A stretch of 45,717 bases of DNA from positions 1 to 45,717 of IMG/VR virus record IMGVR_UViG_3300012894_000009, one strand, 5' to 3'. The position numbers were made by a program, and so were the translations under genes. Each line of letters opens with the position of its first letter. The first letter of the stretch is position 1. This DNA comes from a virus (lineage: Duplodnaviria > Caudoviricetes). This document shows, in pieces, positions 17,028 to 26,844 of the stretch. The notes below the pieces were generated by a model that made no database searches, had not been told where the DNA came from, and was given only the letters and a program-made list of their open reading frames with translations.

Positions 17028-18289
17028 AGCCCTCGCAGTACCGCAACCGGTGGCAGGCGCTGCAGAACAGCACCCGCACCCAGGACACCAGCCACCGTTG
17101 GTACCGCATGGCCACCGAAGACGGTGCGAGCTCGGCCAGCATCGACCTCTACGGCGGCATCGGCGGCTGGTTCGGGGTCGAGGCGTCCGAGTTCGTCCGC
17201 GAGCTCCGCGCCCTGGACGTCGACGAGCTCACCGTCCACATCAACTCCCCTGGCGGCGACGTCTACGACGGCATCGCCATCATGAACGCGCTGCGCCAGC
17301 ACCGCGCCACCGTCACGGTGGTCGTCGACGGGCTGGCCGCCTCCGCGGCCTCCTACATCGCGGTCGGCGCCGGTGACGAAGTCGTCATGAGCGAGAACTC
17401 CGAGCTGATGATCCACGACGCCTGGGGCTTCGCCATGGGCAACGCCGCGGACATGCGGACCATGGCCGACGACCTCGACCGCATCAGCTCCAACATCGCC
17501 GGCATCTACGCCACCGCGTCGGGCACCGACGCGGCCGCCTGGCGCGAGGCGATGCTCGCCGAGACCTGGTACAGCGCGCAGGAGGCCGTCGACGCGGGCC
17601 TGGCAGACCGGGTTGCAGGCGCCAGCGACGTCGAGGACAGCGACGAGCACACCACCGTCGGGCCCGACACCTCCGAAGGCGACGTCGAGGACTCCTTCGA
17701 CCTGTCCGTCTTCGCCCACGCCGGCCGCAGCCACGCTCCGGCCCCCCGTACTCCGGCCGCGTCCGCGTCCGGTGCCCGCACCCACAGCTCCCAGAAGGGG
17801 GGTTCTGCCGTGGCGTTCAGCGACGAGCAGCTCACCACCATGCGGCAGCAGCTCGGTGTCGCCTCCAACGCGGACGAGGGCACGATCCTCGCCGCGCTCA
17901 CCGAGGCGCTCTCCGAGCAGGCTTCCGACTCGACCGGGGTCTCCGCCCCCGAGGGCATGGCCCTCGTCGACTCCGCGACCCTCGACTCCCTGCGCGAGGA
18001 CGCCGCGGCCGGCCGCGCCGCCCGTGACCAGCAGCAGGCCGACGAGCGCGTCCGCCTCGTCAACGCCGCGGTCAGCGACGGCCGGATCGCGCCGGCCCGC
18101 AAGGACCACTGGCTCGCGCAGCTGAGCGCCGACGCGGGCTCGGCCGACACCCTCGCCAGCCTCGCCCCCGGGCTCATCCCGCTCAACGAGGTCGGCCACG
18201 ACGGCGAGGACCTCGCCGCCAGCAACAACGACCAGGTCGACGTCAAGGCGACCCGGGCCAGCGACACCTACAACGCCTGGAGGTTCTGA
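17024..18289 (+). CDS. ClpP-type head maturation protease fused to scaffolding domain
   Basis: INSPGGDVYDG, DGLAASAASYI, MIHDAW, ETWYSAQEAVDAGLAD; C-terminal helical AVSDGRIAPA region. Confidence 0.9.
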   Translation: MKPSQYRNRWQALQNSTRTQDTSHRWYRMATEDGASSASIDLYGGIGGWFGVEASEFVRELRALDVDELTVHINSPGGDVYDGIAIMNALRQHRATVTVVVDGLAASAASYIAVGAGDEVVMSENSELMIHDAWGFAMGNAADMRTMADDLDRISSNIAGIYATASGTDAAAWREAMLAETWYSAQEAVDAGLADRVAGASDVEDSDEHTTVGPDTSEGDVEDSFDLSVFAHAGRSHAPAPRTPAASASGARTHSSQKGGSAVAFSDEQLTTMRQQLGVASNADEGTILAALTEALSEQASDSTGVSAPEGMALVDSATLDSLREDAAAGRAARDQQQADERVRLVNAAVSDGRIAPARKDHWLAQLSADAGSADTLASLAPGLIPLNEVGHDGEDLAASNNDQVDVKATRASDTYNAWRF

Positions 18290-18726
18290 TGGCCGCCGTC
18301 GCGCAGGTCACGAAGACCGGTCCCCGCACCTACACCCCCGTCGAGGCGATCGTCGGCGGGCAGCTCGTCGAGGCCCGCACCGGTGGCCGCATCGGCGTCG
18401 CCGCCGCGGGCAGCGTCAAGGTGCTGGGCGTCGCCCTCACCGACGCCCAGCCGCCCGAGCTCTTCACCGGGGCCGCAACCCTCGTCAACGGTCGCCCCGT
18501 GCTGACCGCCGCCGTCCTCCCGCAGGTCGTGGGCGTCGCCTACGCCGGCGACGAGGTCAAGGTCAGCTACTCCGGTACGGCCGCGTTCGGCGACAAGCTC
18601 GTGGCCACCGCCACCGGCAAGGTCGCGCCCGCCGCCGCCACCCCCGACGCCCGCAGCATCGTCGGCGTCTGCACCGAACCCGCTGGCGTCAACGCTGGGG
18701 CCACCGGCCTCATGCGGATCGCCTGA
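18289..18726 (+). CDS. Capsid decoration/cement protein (DUF2190-like)
   Basis: Small Ala/Gly/Val-rich protein between protease and capsid; GDKLVATATGKV motif. Confidence 0.65.
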   Translation: MAAVAQVTKTGPRTYTPVEAIVGGQLVEARTGGRIGVAAAGSVKVLGVALTDAQPPELFTGAATLVNGRPVLTAAVLPQVVGVAYAGDEVKVSYSGTAAFGDKLVATATGKVAPAAATPDARSIVGVCTEPAGVNAGATGLMRIA

Positions 18727-18757
18727 GCCCGCTCCAGCACGAGAGGACACACCAGCC

Positions 18758-19693
18758 ATGCCTCCCATCCCCGCGCTGAGCGTCAGCGACGGCCCCCAGG
18801 TCACGGTCTCCGCGCTCGTCGGCAACCCCCTGCTGATCCCCGCCCGGATCCTCGACCTCCTCAACAACCGCTTCATCTCCGAGGCGCTCCTGCGCAACGC
18901 CGGCGCCAACGGCAACGGCCTCGTGTCCTACAGCGAGTCCACCCCGCTGTACCTGGACGACGACGTCGAGTTCGTCGCGGAGTTCTCCGAGATCCCCGTC
19001 GGCGTCGGCCAGATCGGCATCCCCCGCATCGCCGTCGCGATCAAGAAGGGGAAGGGCGTCCGTGTCTCGAAGGAGATGCGGGACGAGAACCGCCTCGACG
19101 ACGTGAACCGTCAGATCACGCAGCTGACGAACACGATGATCCGCGCCGAGGAGCGGGTCCTGCGGCAGCTGCTGCTGAACCCGGCCATCCCGACCATCGC
19201 GGCCTCTGCCGCCTGGGACACCGCCGGCAGCCGCCCCCGTCGGGACATCGCGAACGCGATGGAGGTCGTTGGCTCGGCCACCCCGAACGCCACGGCCGCC
19301 GACGACAACCTCGGCTTCCTGTCCGACACGATCGCGATGCCGTCCAGCCTCACGCCCGTGCTGCTGGACAACGACCAGTTCCTGGCCGTGTACAAGGACA
19401 GCCTGGCCGAGCAGAACATCGCCTACACCGGCAAGCTCGAGCGCGACGTTCTGGGACTCACCGCCCTGCAGTCGCGGTCCTGGCCGTCCGACCGCGTCCT
19501 CGTCTGCGAGCGCGGCACCCTCGGCTTCTACTCCGACACCCGGCCGCTGGAGGTCACCCCCCTGTACGGCGAGGGTGGCGGCCCCAACGGTGGCCCTACG
19601 GAGACCTGGCGTTCCGACGCCACCCGCAAGCGCGCCATCGGGATCGACCAGCCCAAGGCGGCGTGCTGGATCACTGGCGTCAGGAGCGCGTGA
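18758..19693 (+). CDS. Major capsid protein
   Basis: 311 aa; VAEFSEIP motif; synteny; strong codon bias. Confidence 0.85.
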   Translation: MPPIPALSVSDGPQVTVSALVGNPLLIPARILDLLNNRFISEALLRNAGANGNGLVSYSESTPLYLDDDVEFVAEFSEIPVGVGQIGIPRIAVAIKKGKGVRVSKEMRDENRLDDVNRQITQLTNTMIRAEERVLRQLLLNPAIPTIAASAAWDTAGSRPRRDIANAMEVVGSATPNATAADDNLGFLSDTIAMPSSLTPVLLDNDQFLAVYKDSLAEQNIAYTGKLERDVLGLTALQSRSWPSDRVLVCERGTLGFYSDTRPLEVTPLYGEGGGPNGGPTETWRSDATRKRAIGIDQPKAACWITGVRSA

Positions 19694-20151
19694 GCATGAG
19701 CACCCCCATCGAGGACCTCGAGGCTGGGGACTACGAGCTCGTCTCGGAGATCTTCGACCAGCCCACGAACGACGAGGGCAAGACCTTCACGTTCAAAAGG
19801 TACCGCAAGGGTGACACCGTCACCCTCGACCTCGCCGAGGCGCAGCGGCTGTACAAGGCCGGCGCGGTCGTCCTGCCCGGCGAGCGTGAGGTCGCCGCGG
19901 CGGCCTTCGCTCGCGCGCAGTACGAGGCCGCACTCGCCGCGCTCCCGGAGGACATCCGTGCTCAGGTCCTCGCCGACGTGGCCGGTGCCGCGCCGGCCAC
20001 GTCGGTGTCGGACCCCGAGCCCGTCGTCGAGAAGCCGAAGCGCGTCTCGCCGAAGGAGGACTGGGTCGCCTACGCCGTCTCCCGCGGCGCCGACGAGGCC
20101 GAGGCGGAGGCCAGCACGAAGGAAGACCTGATCGCCCGCTTCGGCGGCTGA
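19690..20151 (+). CDS. Head-associated protein with C-terminal HeH/Rho-N-like motif
   Basis: YRKGDTVTL..EAQRL..AGAV; KEDWVAYAV...TKEDLIARFG. Confidence 0.6.
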   Translation: MSMSTPIEDLEAGDYELVSEIFDQPTNDEGKTFTFKRYRKGDTVTLDLAEAQRLYKAGAVVLPGEREVAAAAFARAQYEAALAALPEDIRAQVLADVAGAAPATSVSDPEPVVEKPKRVSPKEDWVAYAVSRGADEAEAEASTKEDLIARFGG

Positions 20152-20152
20152 G

Positions 20153-20587
20153 GTGACCGAGCCGGTCACCTCCGAGGGTGGGTCGTCGACACAGCTGCTG
20201 GTCAACCTGGTCAAGTTCGTGCAGATCCAAGGCCTCCTCCTCGAGAAGGCCTCTCGGCTGCTGACCGACGAGAAGTACCAGGACCAGCTCATGGCCGTCA
20301 TCCGTGGCGTAGCCACAGAGGTGGCCTACGTGGTCGGCGACCCCCCACCCGCGGATAAGGCCGAGCGCGCCGCCTGGTGCGTCGCGCTCGGCGTCGCGGC
20401 GCGGCTGGAGTCGTCAGCCATGCCGAACCAGCAGGTCGGCGGCGAGTCTCGCGCCGAGATGCTCCGGGCTAGCTACCTCTCAGTGAAAGCCGAGCTCCGC
20501 GGTGCCCCTATGGCGGGGAGCGAGTCACTCGTGCCGCGCTTCTCGTTCCCGCCGCCGCCTGCGTGGCCGGAGGCCAACCGCTGGTGA
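20153..20587 (+). CDS. Probable head-tail adaptor
   Basis: Synteny; helical 144 aa ending PRFSFP. Confidence 0.55.
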   Translation: MTEPVTSEGGSSTQLLVNLVKFVQIQGLLLEKASRLLTDEKYQDQLMAVIRGVATEVAYVVGDPPPADKAERAAWCVALGVAARLESSAMPNQQVGGESRAEMLRASYLSVKAELRGAPMAGSESLVPRFSFPPPPAWPEANRW

Positions 20588-20605
20588 CCTGCAGGAGGGG
20601 CCCCG

Positions 20606-21013
20606 ATGCGTCTGACGGTCTCGGCGAACACTCGGCCGCTGACGGAGCGACTACTCGAAGGCGCGCTTCGCGCCGACGACATCGCCCCCATCGGTGACCA
20701 GCTCCTCGACGTCATCCGGTCCGCGTCCGCTCGCCAGTTCGCCACCGGCGCCGGGTGGGTCCGCAGTCACAAGGCCGGGGCGACGCTCGTCGACACCGGC
20801 CGGCTGCGGGACTCCTTCACGCGCGCCGGTGGCGCATCAAGCACCAGCACCCGCGGCGAGTCCGTCACCCTCGAGACTCGCGTGCCCTACGCCGGCTACC
20901 TCGCCGACGGGGCGCGCGGCATGCCCGCCCGCGACCCATCGCGCGTCGACGACTGGCGCGTGGCACGAGACGCCGCCCAGGTGCTCGTGGACTACATCAC
21001 CGGGGAGCTCTGA
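20606..21013 (+). CDS. Phage virion morphogenesis (neck) protein
   Basis: TLVDTGRLRDSF...VPYAGYL..G.RGMPAR. Confidence 0.7.
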   Translation: MRLTVSANTRPLTERLLEGALRADDIAPIGDQLLDVIRSASARQFATGAGWVRSHKAGATLVDTGRLRDSFTRAGGASSTSTRGESVTLETRVPYAGYLADGARGMPARDPSRVDDWRVARDAAQVLVDYITGEL

Positions 21014-21549
21014 TGGTGGCCAGCATCCCTCCCGCCTTCAGCGCCGACGACGTCTGCCGTCCCATCCAGGACCACCTTGAGCGGTACCTCGCGGGTCGCC
21101 TCCCGGCGGACCTGGACGCGCCGTACCTGTGGCGGCAGCTGCCCGAGGAAGACGCCATGGACACCGCGGCCTACCCAGCGGTGGCCACGGCCACCTCGGG
21201 TACGACGGGTGCCTGGCGGATCAGCCGTAGCAAGGTCTCCGCGACCTGGCGGGTCGTCATCGCCTTCTGGGTGGAGGAGTTCGGATACGACGAGACGACG
21301 TCGGCGGTGCGCCGCTACGTCGCCGCCGGTCGTGACTGCATCATCGCCGCCCGTCGCTCCGACTGGCGCGTCACCGGGGAGGACTACTCCCGCATCGTCG
21401 ACCCCGCGATGTCGAAGACCCTCGGCGCCGGCCGCGTGTACCTCGAGGTCGATGCGGACGTCGCCGACCTCACGGCTGTCCAGCTGGAGGCCGGCGACGC
21501 ACTGCCGGTCGTGACCAGCCACACCACCACCATCGTCCCGAAGGAGTAA
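21013..21549 (+). CDS. Probable tail terminator/completion protein
   Basis: Synteny before sheath; YPAVA motif. Confidence 0.5.
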   Translation: MVASIPPAFSADDVCRPIQDHLERYLAGRLPADLDAPYLWRQLPEEDAMDTAAYPAVATATSGTTGAWRISRSKVSATWRVVIAFWVEEFGYDETTSAVRRYVAAGRDCIIAARRSDWRVTGEDYSRIVDPAMSKTLGAGRVYLEVDADVADLTAVQLEAGDALPVVTSHTTTIVPKE

Positions 21550-21553
21550 GCCC

Positions 21554-22681
21554 ATGCCCCGCCCCCAGGTGGTCGTCTCCGTCGCAGCGGCCTCGCCGCG
21601 GCGCGGCATCGACTCCGACACCGGCCGCACCTTCCTCGTCTACCCCGCCACGGCAGGCCCTGCGGCGCCAGTGCGCTGCAGAACCGGTGCGCAGGCCACC
21701 GCCGCCGGCGTGACCCCCCAGTACGCCCAGTACGTCGCGGACGCCCTCACCGAGGGCTCCCCCGAGGTCGTGGTCGTGCGAGCCGAGGTCACACCCGAGA
21801 ACGCCTCTGCGGCGCCGCAGAGCGTCTGGGCCACCGCGCTCGACAAGCTCGACGTGACCACCTACGGCATCGGCCAGGTCATCATCCCCGGTGTCGCGGC
21901 CGTCAACGCCCACAACGCGCTGCTGGTACACGCCGCAGCGACCGCGCGCACCGTCCTCCTGGACGCTGACTTCGACGCCAGCACCAGCGAGCTCCTCGCC
22001 TTCGCAAGCGCACAGGCGGCCAAGCCGGGCGCCATCCGCGCTGGCCTCTTCGCCGGCTGGGTGAAGGCCACTGGTACGGCCGGTGTCGACCGCACCATCC
22101 CCGGCTCCGTCATCGCCGCCGGCCTCGTGGGCCGCAGCGACGGGCGGGTCGGCAACGCTGGTGGCGTCCCCGCCTTCATGCAGAACGCGGCGGGCATCTC
22201 CCGGCTCGCAACGGACGTGACCGCCACGTTCACCGCCGCCGAGCAGGACACGCTCGCCGACAGCGGGATCAACCCCTTCGTGGGACGCCCCGGCTACGTC
22301 GTCCTGGGCAACTGGCGCTCCATCTCCAGCGACTCGCGCTGGAAGCAGCTGCAGTTCGGCCGCCTCGCGATGCAGATCGCCGCGGGCTCCTCCGGAGCCC
22401 TTGACACCTTCCTCGGCCGCACCATCGACGCGCGCGGGCTGCTCCGCAACGAGATCGAAGCGGCGGTCGTCTCGCTCCTCGCGCAGCTGGAGACGTCCGA
22501 CGCCCTCTACGGCACCGGGGGCTCCTCGTACCGCGTCACCGTTGGTGACAGCGATGAGGACGCCGCTGCCGGCCTCATCAGGGTCAACATCGAGGTCCAG
22601 TTCAGCAAGTACGCCGAGCGCGTCGAGTTCGACGTCGTCGTCTACCAGCCCGGCGCCATGCCGACGGAGGAGGTGGCCTGA
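21554..22681 (+). CDS. Contractile tail sheath protein
   Basis: MPRPQVVV start, IPGSVIAAGLVGRSD, LADSGINPF, GNWRS, YAERVEFDV. Confidence 0.82.
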   Translation: MPRPQVVVSVAAASPRRGIDSDTGRTFLVYPATAGPAAPVRCRTGAQATAAGVTPQYAQYVADALTEGSPEVVVVRAEVTPENASAAPQSVWATALDKLDVTTYGIGQVIIPGVAAVNAHNALLVHAAATARTVLLDADFDASTSELLAFASAQAAKPGAIRAGLFAGWVKATGTAGVDRTIPGSVIAAGLVGRSDGRVGNAGGVPAFMQNAAGISRLATDVTATFTAAEQDTLADSGINPFVGRPGYVVLGNWRSISSDSRWKQLQFGRLAMQIAAGSSGALDTFLGRTIDARGLLRNEIEAAVVSLLAQLETSDALYGTGGSSYRVTVGDSDEDAAAGLIRVNIEVQFSKYAERVEFDVVVYQPGAMPTEEVA

Positions 22682-23088
22682 TGGCCAGCCAGGACAACTA
22701 CCAGGTCGTCGTCACCTACGACGGTGCGCCGGCGGGCACGTGGGACGGCCACTCCGGTGGCGAGAAGACCCACGACAACCAGACCTACCGCCGCGGCGGT
22801 ATGGGGCAGCTGAAGGCTCAGCCCGCCCAGTCGACCTACGGCGACCTCACCCTCATGGTCCTCGCCGGGGAGTACCCGGACATCGAGCGCCGCATGCTCA
22901 CCGACCGCATCTCGCGGGCGATGACGGCCACCGTGTACCCGCTGGGCACCGACGGCGCCAAGGACCCCCGCCGAGCGCCCACCGTCTACCGCGGGCGCTT
23001 CGCCGGCATCACGATGCCGGACTCCGACGCCAACGGCACCGACACCTCGACGATCGAGGTCACGATGACCGTGGAGGACGTGCAGTGA
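22681..23088 (+). CDS. Tail tube protein
   Basis: 135 aa after sheath; SGGE..YRRGGM, YRGR...PDSDAN. Confidence 0.75.
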   Translation: MASQDNYQVVVTYDGAPAGTWDGHSGGEKTHDNQTYRRGGMGQLKAQPAQSTYGDLTLMVLAGEYPDIERRMLTDRISRAMTATVYPLGTDGAKDPRRAPTVYRGRFAGITMPDSDANGTDTSTIEVTMTVEDVQ

Positions 23089-23570
23089 CCGACCTGCATC
23101 CCTCCTCCCCCCTCGCGGGGCTCCTCAAGGCCCACGAGGAGCGCGTGAAGACGCGCGAGGTCACCTACGGCATCCCGGGGACCAGCGTCTTCGTGAAGTA
23201 CCGCGCCCTGGAGCAGTCGGAGATCGTGCGTCTGCGGAAGCCGGTCACCCAGGCGGAGAAGCAGGGCGGCGAGGAGGTGCTCGTCCGCAGCACGATCCTG
23301 TTCGCGCGCATGGTCCTGCTGACCGCCTGCCTCGGCATCTACGTGCGCGACGAGGAGACCGGCCAGCTTCAGCCGGCCGACCCCGCCGGTGCGGCTCCCG
23401 TCTTCGACGCGCATCTCTGCGAGCTCTTCAGCGTGGAGGTCCCCGCCAAGGGCAGTGACATCGTCCCGCTGGTCTACAGCGACGCGGTCGCTGGGTCTGT
23501 GGCGACGAAGCTGCTGCGGTTCTCCGAGGGCGGCGAGATCGAGACGCTCGAGGACACCCCGGGAAACTGA
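23085..23570 (+). CDS. Tail assembly chaperone (G)
   Basis: Between tube and tape measure; ends in slippery G GGA AAC TGA. Confidence 0.78.
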   Translation: MTDLHPSSPLAGLLKAHEERVKTREVTYGIPGTSVFVKYRALEQSEIVRLRKPVTQAEKQGGEEVLVRSTILFARMVLLTACLGIYVRDEETGQLQPADPAGAAPVFDAHLCELFSVEVPAKGSDIVPLVYSDAVAGSVATKLLRFSEGGEIETLEDTPGN

Positions 23571-23821
23571 GGAGCCACCCCGTCGTGCGAACGGCGGCGG
23601 TGGCCCTCGACCTCGGGTGGGCTGACCCACTCGCGCTCCTGAGCCTCGACCCGCGCCGCTACCAGATCGCAGCGGCCATCGTGGCCGAGGCTCAGGAGCT
23701 GCGGAACCGACGGGTGAAGGCCGAGCTCGACTACCTCGCGAACGCGTCGTCCTCACGGACCGTGGCCCCGCTCGCACGTCACATCACCGGCCTGGTCAAG
23801 GCCCTGTCGCGGAGGGCGTAG
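23561..23821 (+). CDS. -1 frameshift extension of tail chaperone (GT)
   Basis: -1 frame from GGGAAAC is open to 23821. Confidence 0.72.
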   Translation, partial: GKLRSHPVVRTAAVALDLGWADPLALLSLDPRRYQIAAAIVAEAQELRNRRVKAELDYLANASSSRTVAPLARHITGLVKALSRRA

Positions 23822-23824
23822 ATC

Positions 23825-26095
23825 GTGGCTGACATCAACATCAGGCTCGCCGTGCAAGGGCAGCCGCAGACGAGGGCCGCGCTGCGCGGCACCGCCGACG
23901 ACGCTGACCGCCTCGACGGCGCACTGGGACGGATCGGCCGGTCTGGGCTAGACGCCGCACGCGGCCTCGCGTCGATCAGCGGGCGGGCGCTCGGCGCGGG
24001 TGTCCGCGGTGTCGCGACCGGCGCAGGACTCCTCGCGGCCGGCCTCACGTCGGTCGCTGCCGCTGGTGCTGTGGTCGGCATCAAGACCGCGGCGAGCATG
24101 GAGCAGGCCAACATCAGCTTCACCACGATGCTCGGTTCCGGCCAGGCGGCGCAGGACTTCCTCACGAACCTCAACAAGTTCGCCAACGCCACGCCGTTCG
24201 ACTTCCCCGGCCTGACCACGGCGGCATCATCGCTGATCTCCGCGGGCATCGATGCGAACAAGGTCATCCCCATCATGACCAGCCTCGGCAACGCGACGTC
24301 CGGGATGGGCACCGGCGCCGAGGGCGTCCAGCGGGCAACCGTCGCGCTGCAGCAGATGAACGCCGCGGGCAAGATCAGCGGGGAAGACCTCAACCAGCTC
24401 CGAGACGCCGGCGTCCCCGTCTTCGACCTCCTCACGGCTGCCACAGGCAAGTCGACGGCGGCGATCGCGGACATGGCGCAGAAGGGCAAGCTGGGGCGCA
24501 AGGAACTCGACCAGCTCATGGCGGCCCTCGAGTCCGGCAAGGGCCTCGAGCGCTTCAACGGGCTCATGGAGAAGCAGTCGCAGTCCCTGTCGGGCATGGC
24601 GTCGACCCTGAAGGACACCGTCGGGATGGGCTTGTCGCAAGCCTTCCAGCCGGCCATCCCGTTCCTCAAGATCCTTCTCACCGACACGAACACCCTGATC
24701 GGTCGGGCGCTACCCGGCATCACCACCGGCGTCGGCAAGGTCACCGCCGGGCTACAGGGCCTCTACGAGATCTTCGCGCACAGCAACTACGACGGCATCC
24801 TGTCGCGCACCCTCGGCATCGAAGAGGACTCCGCGATCGTCGACAAGCTCTTCCGCATTCGAGAGGCCGCAGTCGCCGCCTTCACCTACCTGTCGACGAC
24901 AGCCAAGAACATCGACTGGGCCACGGTGTGGGCGAAGCTCGCTGGGGCGATCGACTGGGCGAGCAACGCCTTCCGCGGCGTCAAGACCGCACTCGCTGGG
25001 GTCAACTTCGCCAGTATCTCCGCGGAGCTGCAGTCCTTCGGTCAGGCCGCCGGGGACTCCTCGGTGTGGGCCGACTCACTGAGGATTGGCGCGACGCTGC
25101 TCGGGACGGCTCTCGGTTTCCTGTCCGATCACGCCGGGACCATCATCAAGTGGATGCCTGCAATCGTGGCTGGCTTCGCCGCCTGGAAGATCGCGCAGCA
25201 GGCGCTCCTGGTCATCGAGATCGCCCGCATCCCGCTCCTCGCGGCTCAGGTGGCAGGCACCTTCGCCACGGCGGCGGCGACGACGGCCTACGCCCTGGCC
25301 AACGTCTACGCGGCCAACGCCCTCCTGGCGATGAACGGCATCACCCGGGACTGCCTGATCCTGCGACTCAAGGACGCGATCGTCGCGAACGCGCAGGCCG
25401 CCGCAACGATCGCCGTGTCGGTCGCGTCGAAGGTCGCGGCGGCCGGGCAGTGGCTGTGGAACGCCGCCATGACCGCGAACCCCATCGGCCTGGTCATCGC
25501 GGCCATCGCCCTCCTCGTCGGCGGCGTGATCCTGGCCTACCAGAAGTCGGAGACCTTCCGCGGCATCGTCGACGGCCTCTGGGGCGCCTTGAAGGTCGCC
25601 GGCGCCTGGATCAGGGATAGCCTCTGGCCGATCATCCAGAACGTCCTCGTGACGGGCATCGACAACGCGAAGCGGAACTTCGACAACATCAAGGCCTCGG
25701 TGGGTGGCTTCGTCGACAAGATCAAGGACGCCTGGAACTGGGTGAAGAAGCTGGGCGACCAGCTCAAGGACTCGGCCATCGGTCAGGCCCTCGGCGCTGT
25801 CGGGGGTGCGGTCGGATCCGTCTTCGGCGGTGGACGCGCCACAGGTGGCCCCGTCAGTGCGGGCACGACCTACCTCGTGGGCGAGCAGGGACCGGAGCTC
25901 TACACGGCGTCCCGGTCGGGGTCGATCATCAACCACGAGACACTCGCGGCCGCTGCAGACACCAGCGGCTACGGCCTATTGGCGGAGGACGTCGCCAGCA
26001 TGGGCCGGCCGATCCACACGCACGTCTACCTCAACAGCCGTGAGATCGCCACGGCCGTCTCGGATGTCTATAGCGACACGGTGGCGAGGAGCTGA
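23825..26095 (+). CDS. Tape measure protein
   Basis: 756 aa Ala/Gly-rich; FANATPFD, GKISGEDLNQL, NAAMTANPIGLVI, GGRATGGPV..YLVGEQGPE. Confidence 0.92.
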   Translation: MADINIRLAVQGQPQTRAALRGTADDADRLDGALGRIGRSGLDAARGLASISGRALGAGVRGVATGAGLLAAGLTSVAAAGAVVGIKTAASMEQANISFTTMLGSGQAAQDFLTNLNKFANATPFDFPGLTTAASSLISAGIDANKVIPIMTSLGNATSGMGTGAEGVQRATVALQQMNAAGKISGEDLNQLRDAGVPVFDLLTAATGKSTAAIADMAQKGKLGRKELDQLMAALESGKGLERFNGLMEKQSQSLSGMASTLKDTVGMGLSQAFQPAIPFLKILLTDTNTLIGRALPGITTGVGKVTAGLQGLYEIFAHSNYDGILSRTLGIEEDSAIVDKLFRIREAAVAAFTYLSTTAKNIDWATVWAKLAGAIDWASNAFRGVKTALAGVNFASISAELQSFGQAAGDSSVWADSLRIGATLLGTALGFLSDHAGTIIKWMPAIVAGFAAWKIAQQALLVIEIARIPLLAAQVAGTFATAAATTAYALANVYAANALLAMNGITRDCLILRLKDAIVANAQAAATIAVSVASKVAAAGQWLWNAAMTANPIGLVIAAIALLVGGVILAYQKSETFRGIVDGLWGALKVAGAWIRDSLWPIIQNVLVTGIDNAKRNFDNIKASVGGFVDKIKDAWNWVKKLGDQLKDSAIGQALGAVGGAVGSVFGGGRATGGPVSAGTTYLVGEQGPELYTASRSGSIINHETLAAAADTSGYGLLAEDVASMGRPIHTHVYLNSREIATAVSDVYSDTVARS

Positions 26096-26835
26096 TGGTG
26101 GTCATCGTCTCCCGCGGCGCCCGCGACACGATCGCCGTGGGCTTGGCCCCGCCGATCCCGGTGCTGCCGTTCGTCCCGAACGCGGGCATCACCCCGGTCC
26201 GGCCGGCTGGCCCTGAGGTTATCCTCGAGGTCGCCGGCGCGGCCCTGTACGACCCGGGGAACGCGCGCTGGGAAGAGGTCGACCTCCCCCGCCGGCAGAA
26301 CGTCCTCGAGTGGGTGGGCCGTTCTCCTCAGCGGCAGACGTTCACCGCGATGTTCTCTGGTGAGGTGCAGGGCGCCGAGCAGGCGGGCGTGCAGGGATGG
26401 ATCAACCAGCTATACCAGATCGCGGTGCCGCCTCCGCCGCAGGAGCCGTTCATCTGCACGGTCCGTGGCCCGCTGTACGGAACCGCCGCGGGCTACCTGT
26501 GGCGGGTCGAGTCGGTCACCCCGAACGACGACGCCCGGCGCCGCGACAGTGACGGCGAGGTCTGCCACCAGACGTTCAAGGTGAGCCTCGTGCGTCACCT
26601 CGACATCGGCGTCGTGACGACCGCGAACCCGTCCCCCGCGGCGGCAGCTGCGGCCCGCCAGGGCGCCACCCCTACCGCGCCTGCGCGGAACTACACCATC
26701 GTGCGTGGCGACACGCTCGCGCGGATCGCTGCCACCCAGCTCGGCTCGTCGTCGCGGTGGCAGGAGATCGCCAAGCTCAACGGCCTCCGCGACCCGAACA
26801 CCATCCGCGTCGGTCAGGTACTCAAGCTGCCCTAG
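26095..26835 (+). CDS. LysM-containing baseplate/tube initiator protein
   Basis: C-terminal YTIVRGDTLARIA..LGSSSRWQEIAKLNGL.DPNTIRVGQVLKLP. Confidence 0.85.
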   Translation: MVVIVSRGARDTIAVGLAPPIPVLPFVPNAGITPVRPAGPEVILEVAGAALYDPGNARWEEVDLPRRQNVLEWVGRSPQRQTFTAMFSGEVQGAEQAGVQGWINQLYQIAVPPPPQEPFICTVRGPLYGTAAGYLWRVESVTPNDDARRRDSDGEVCHQTFKVSLVRHLDIGVVTTANPSPAAAAAARQGATPTAPARNYTIVRGDTLARIAATQLGSSSRWQEIAKLNGLRDPNTIRVGQVLKLP

Positions 26836-26844
26836 GGAGGTCCG

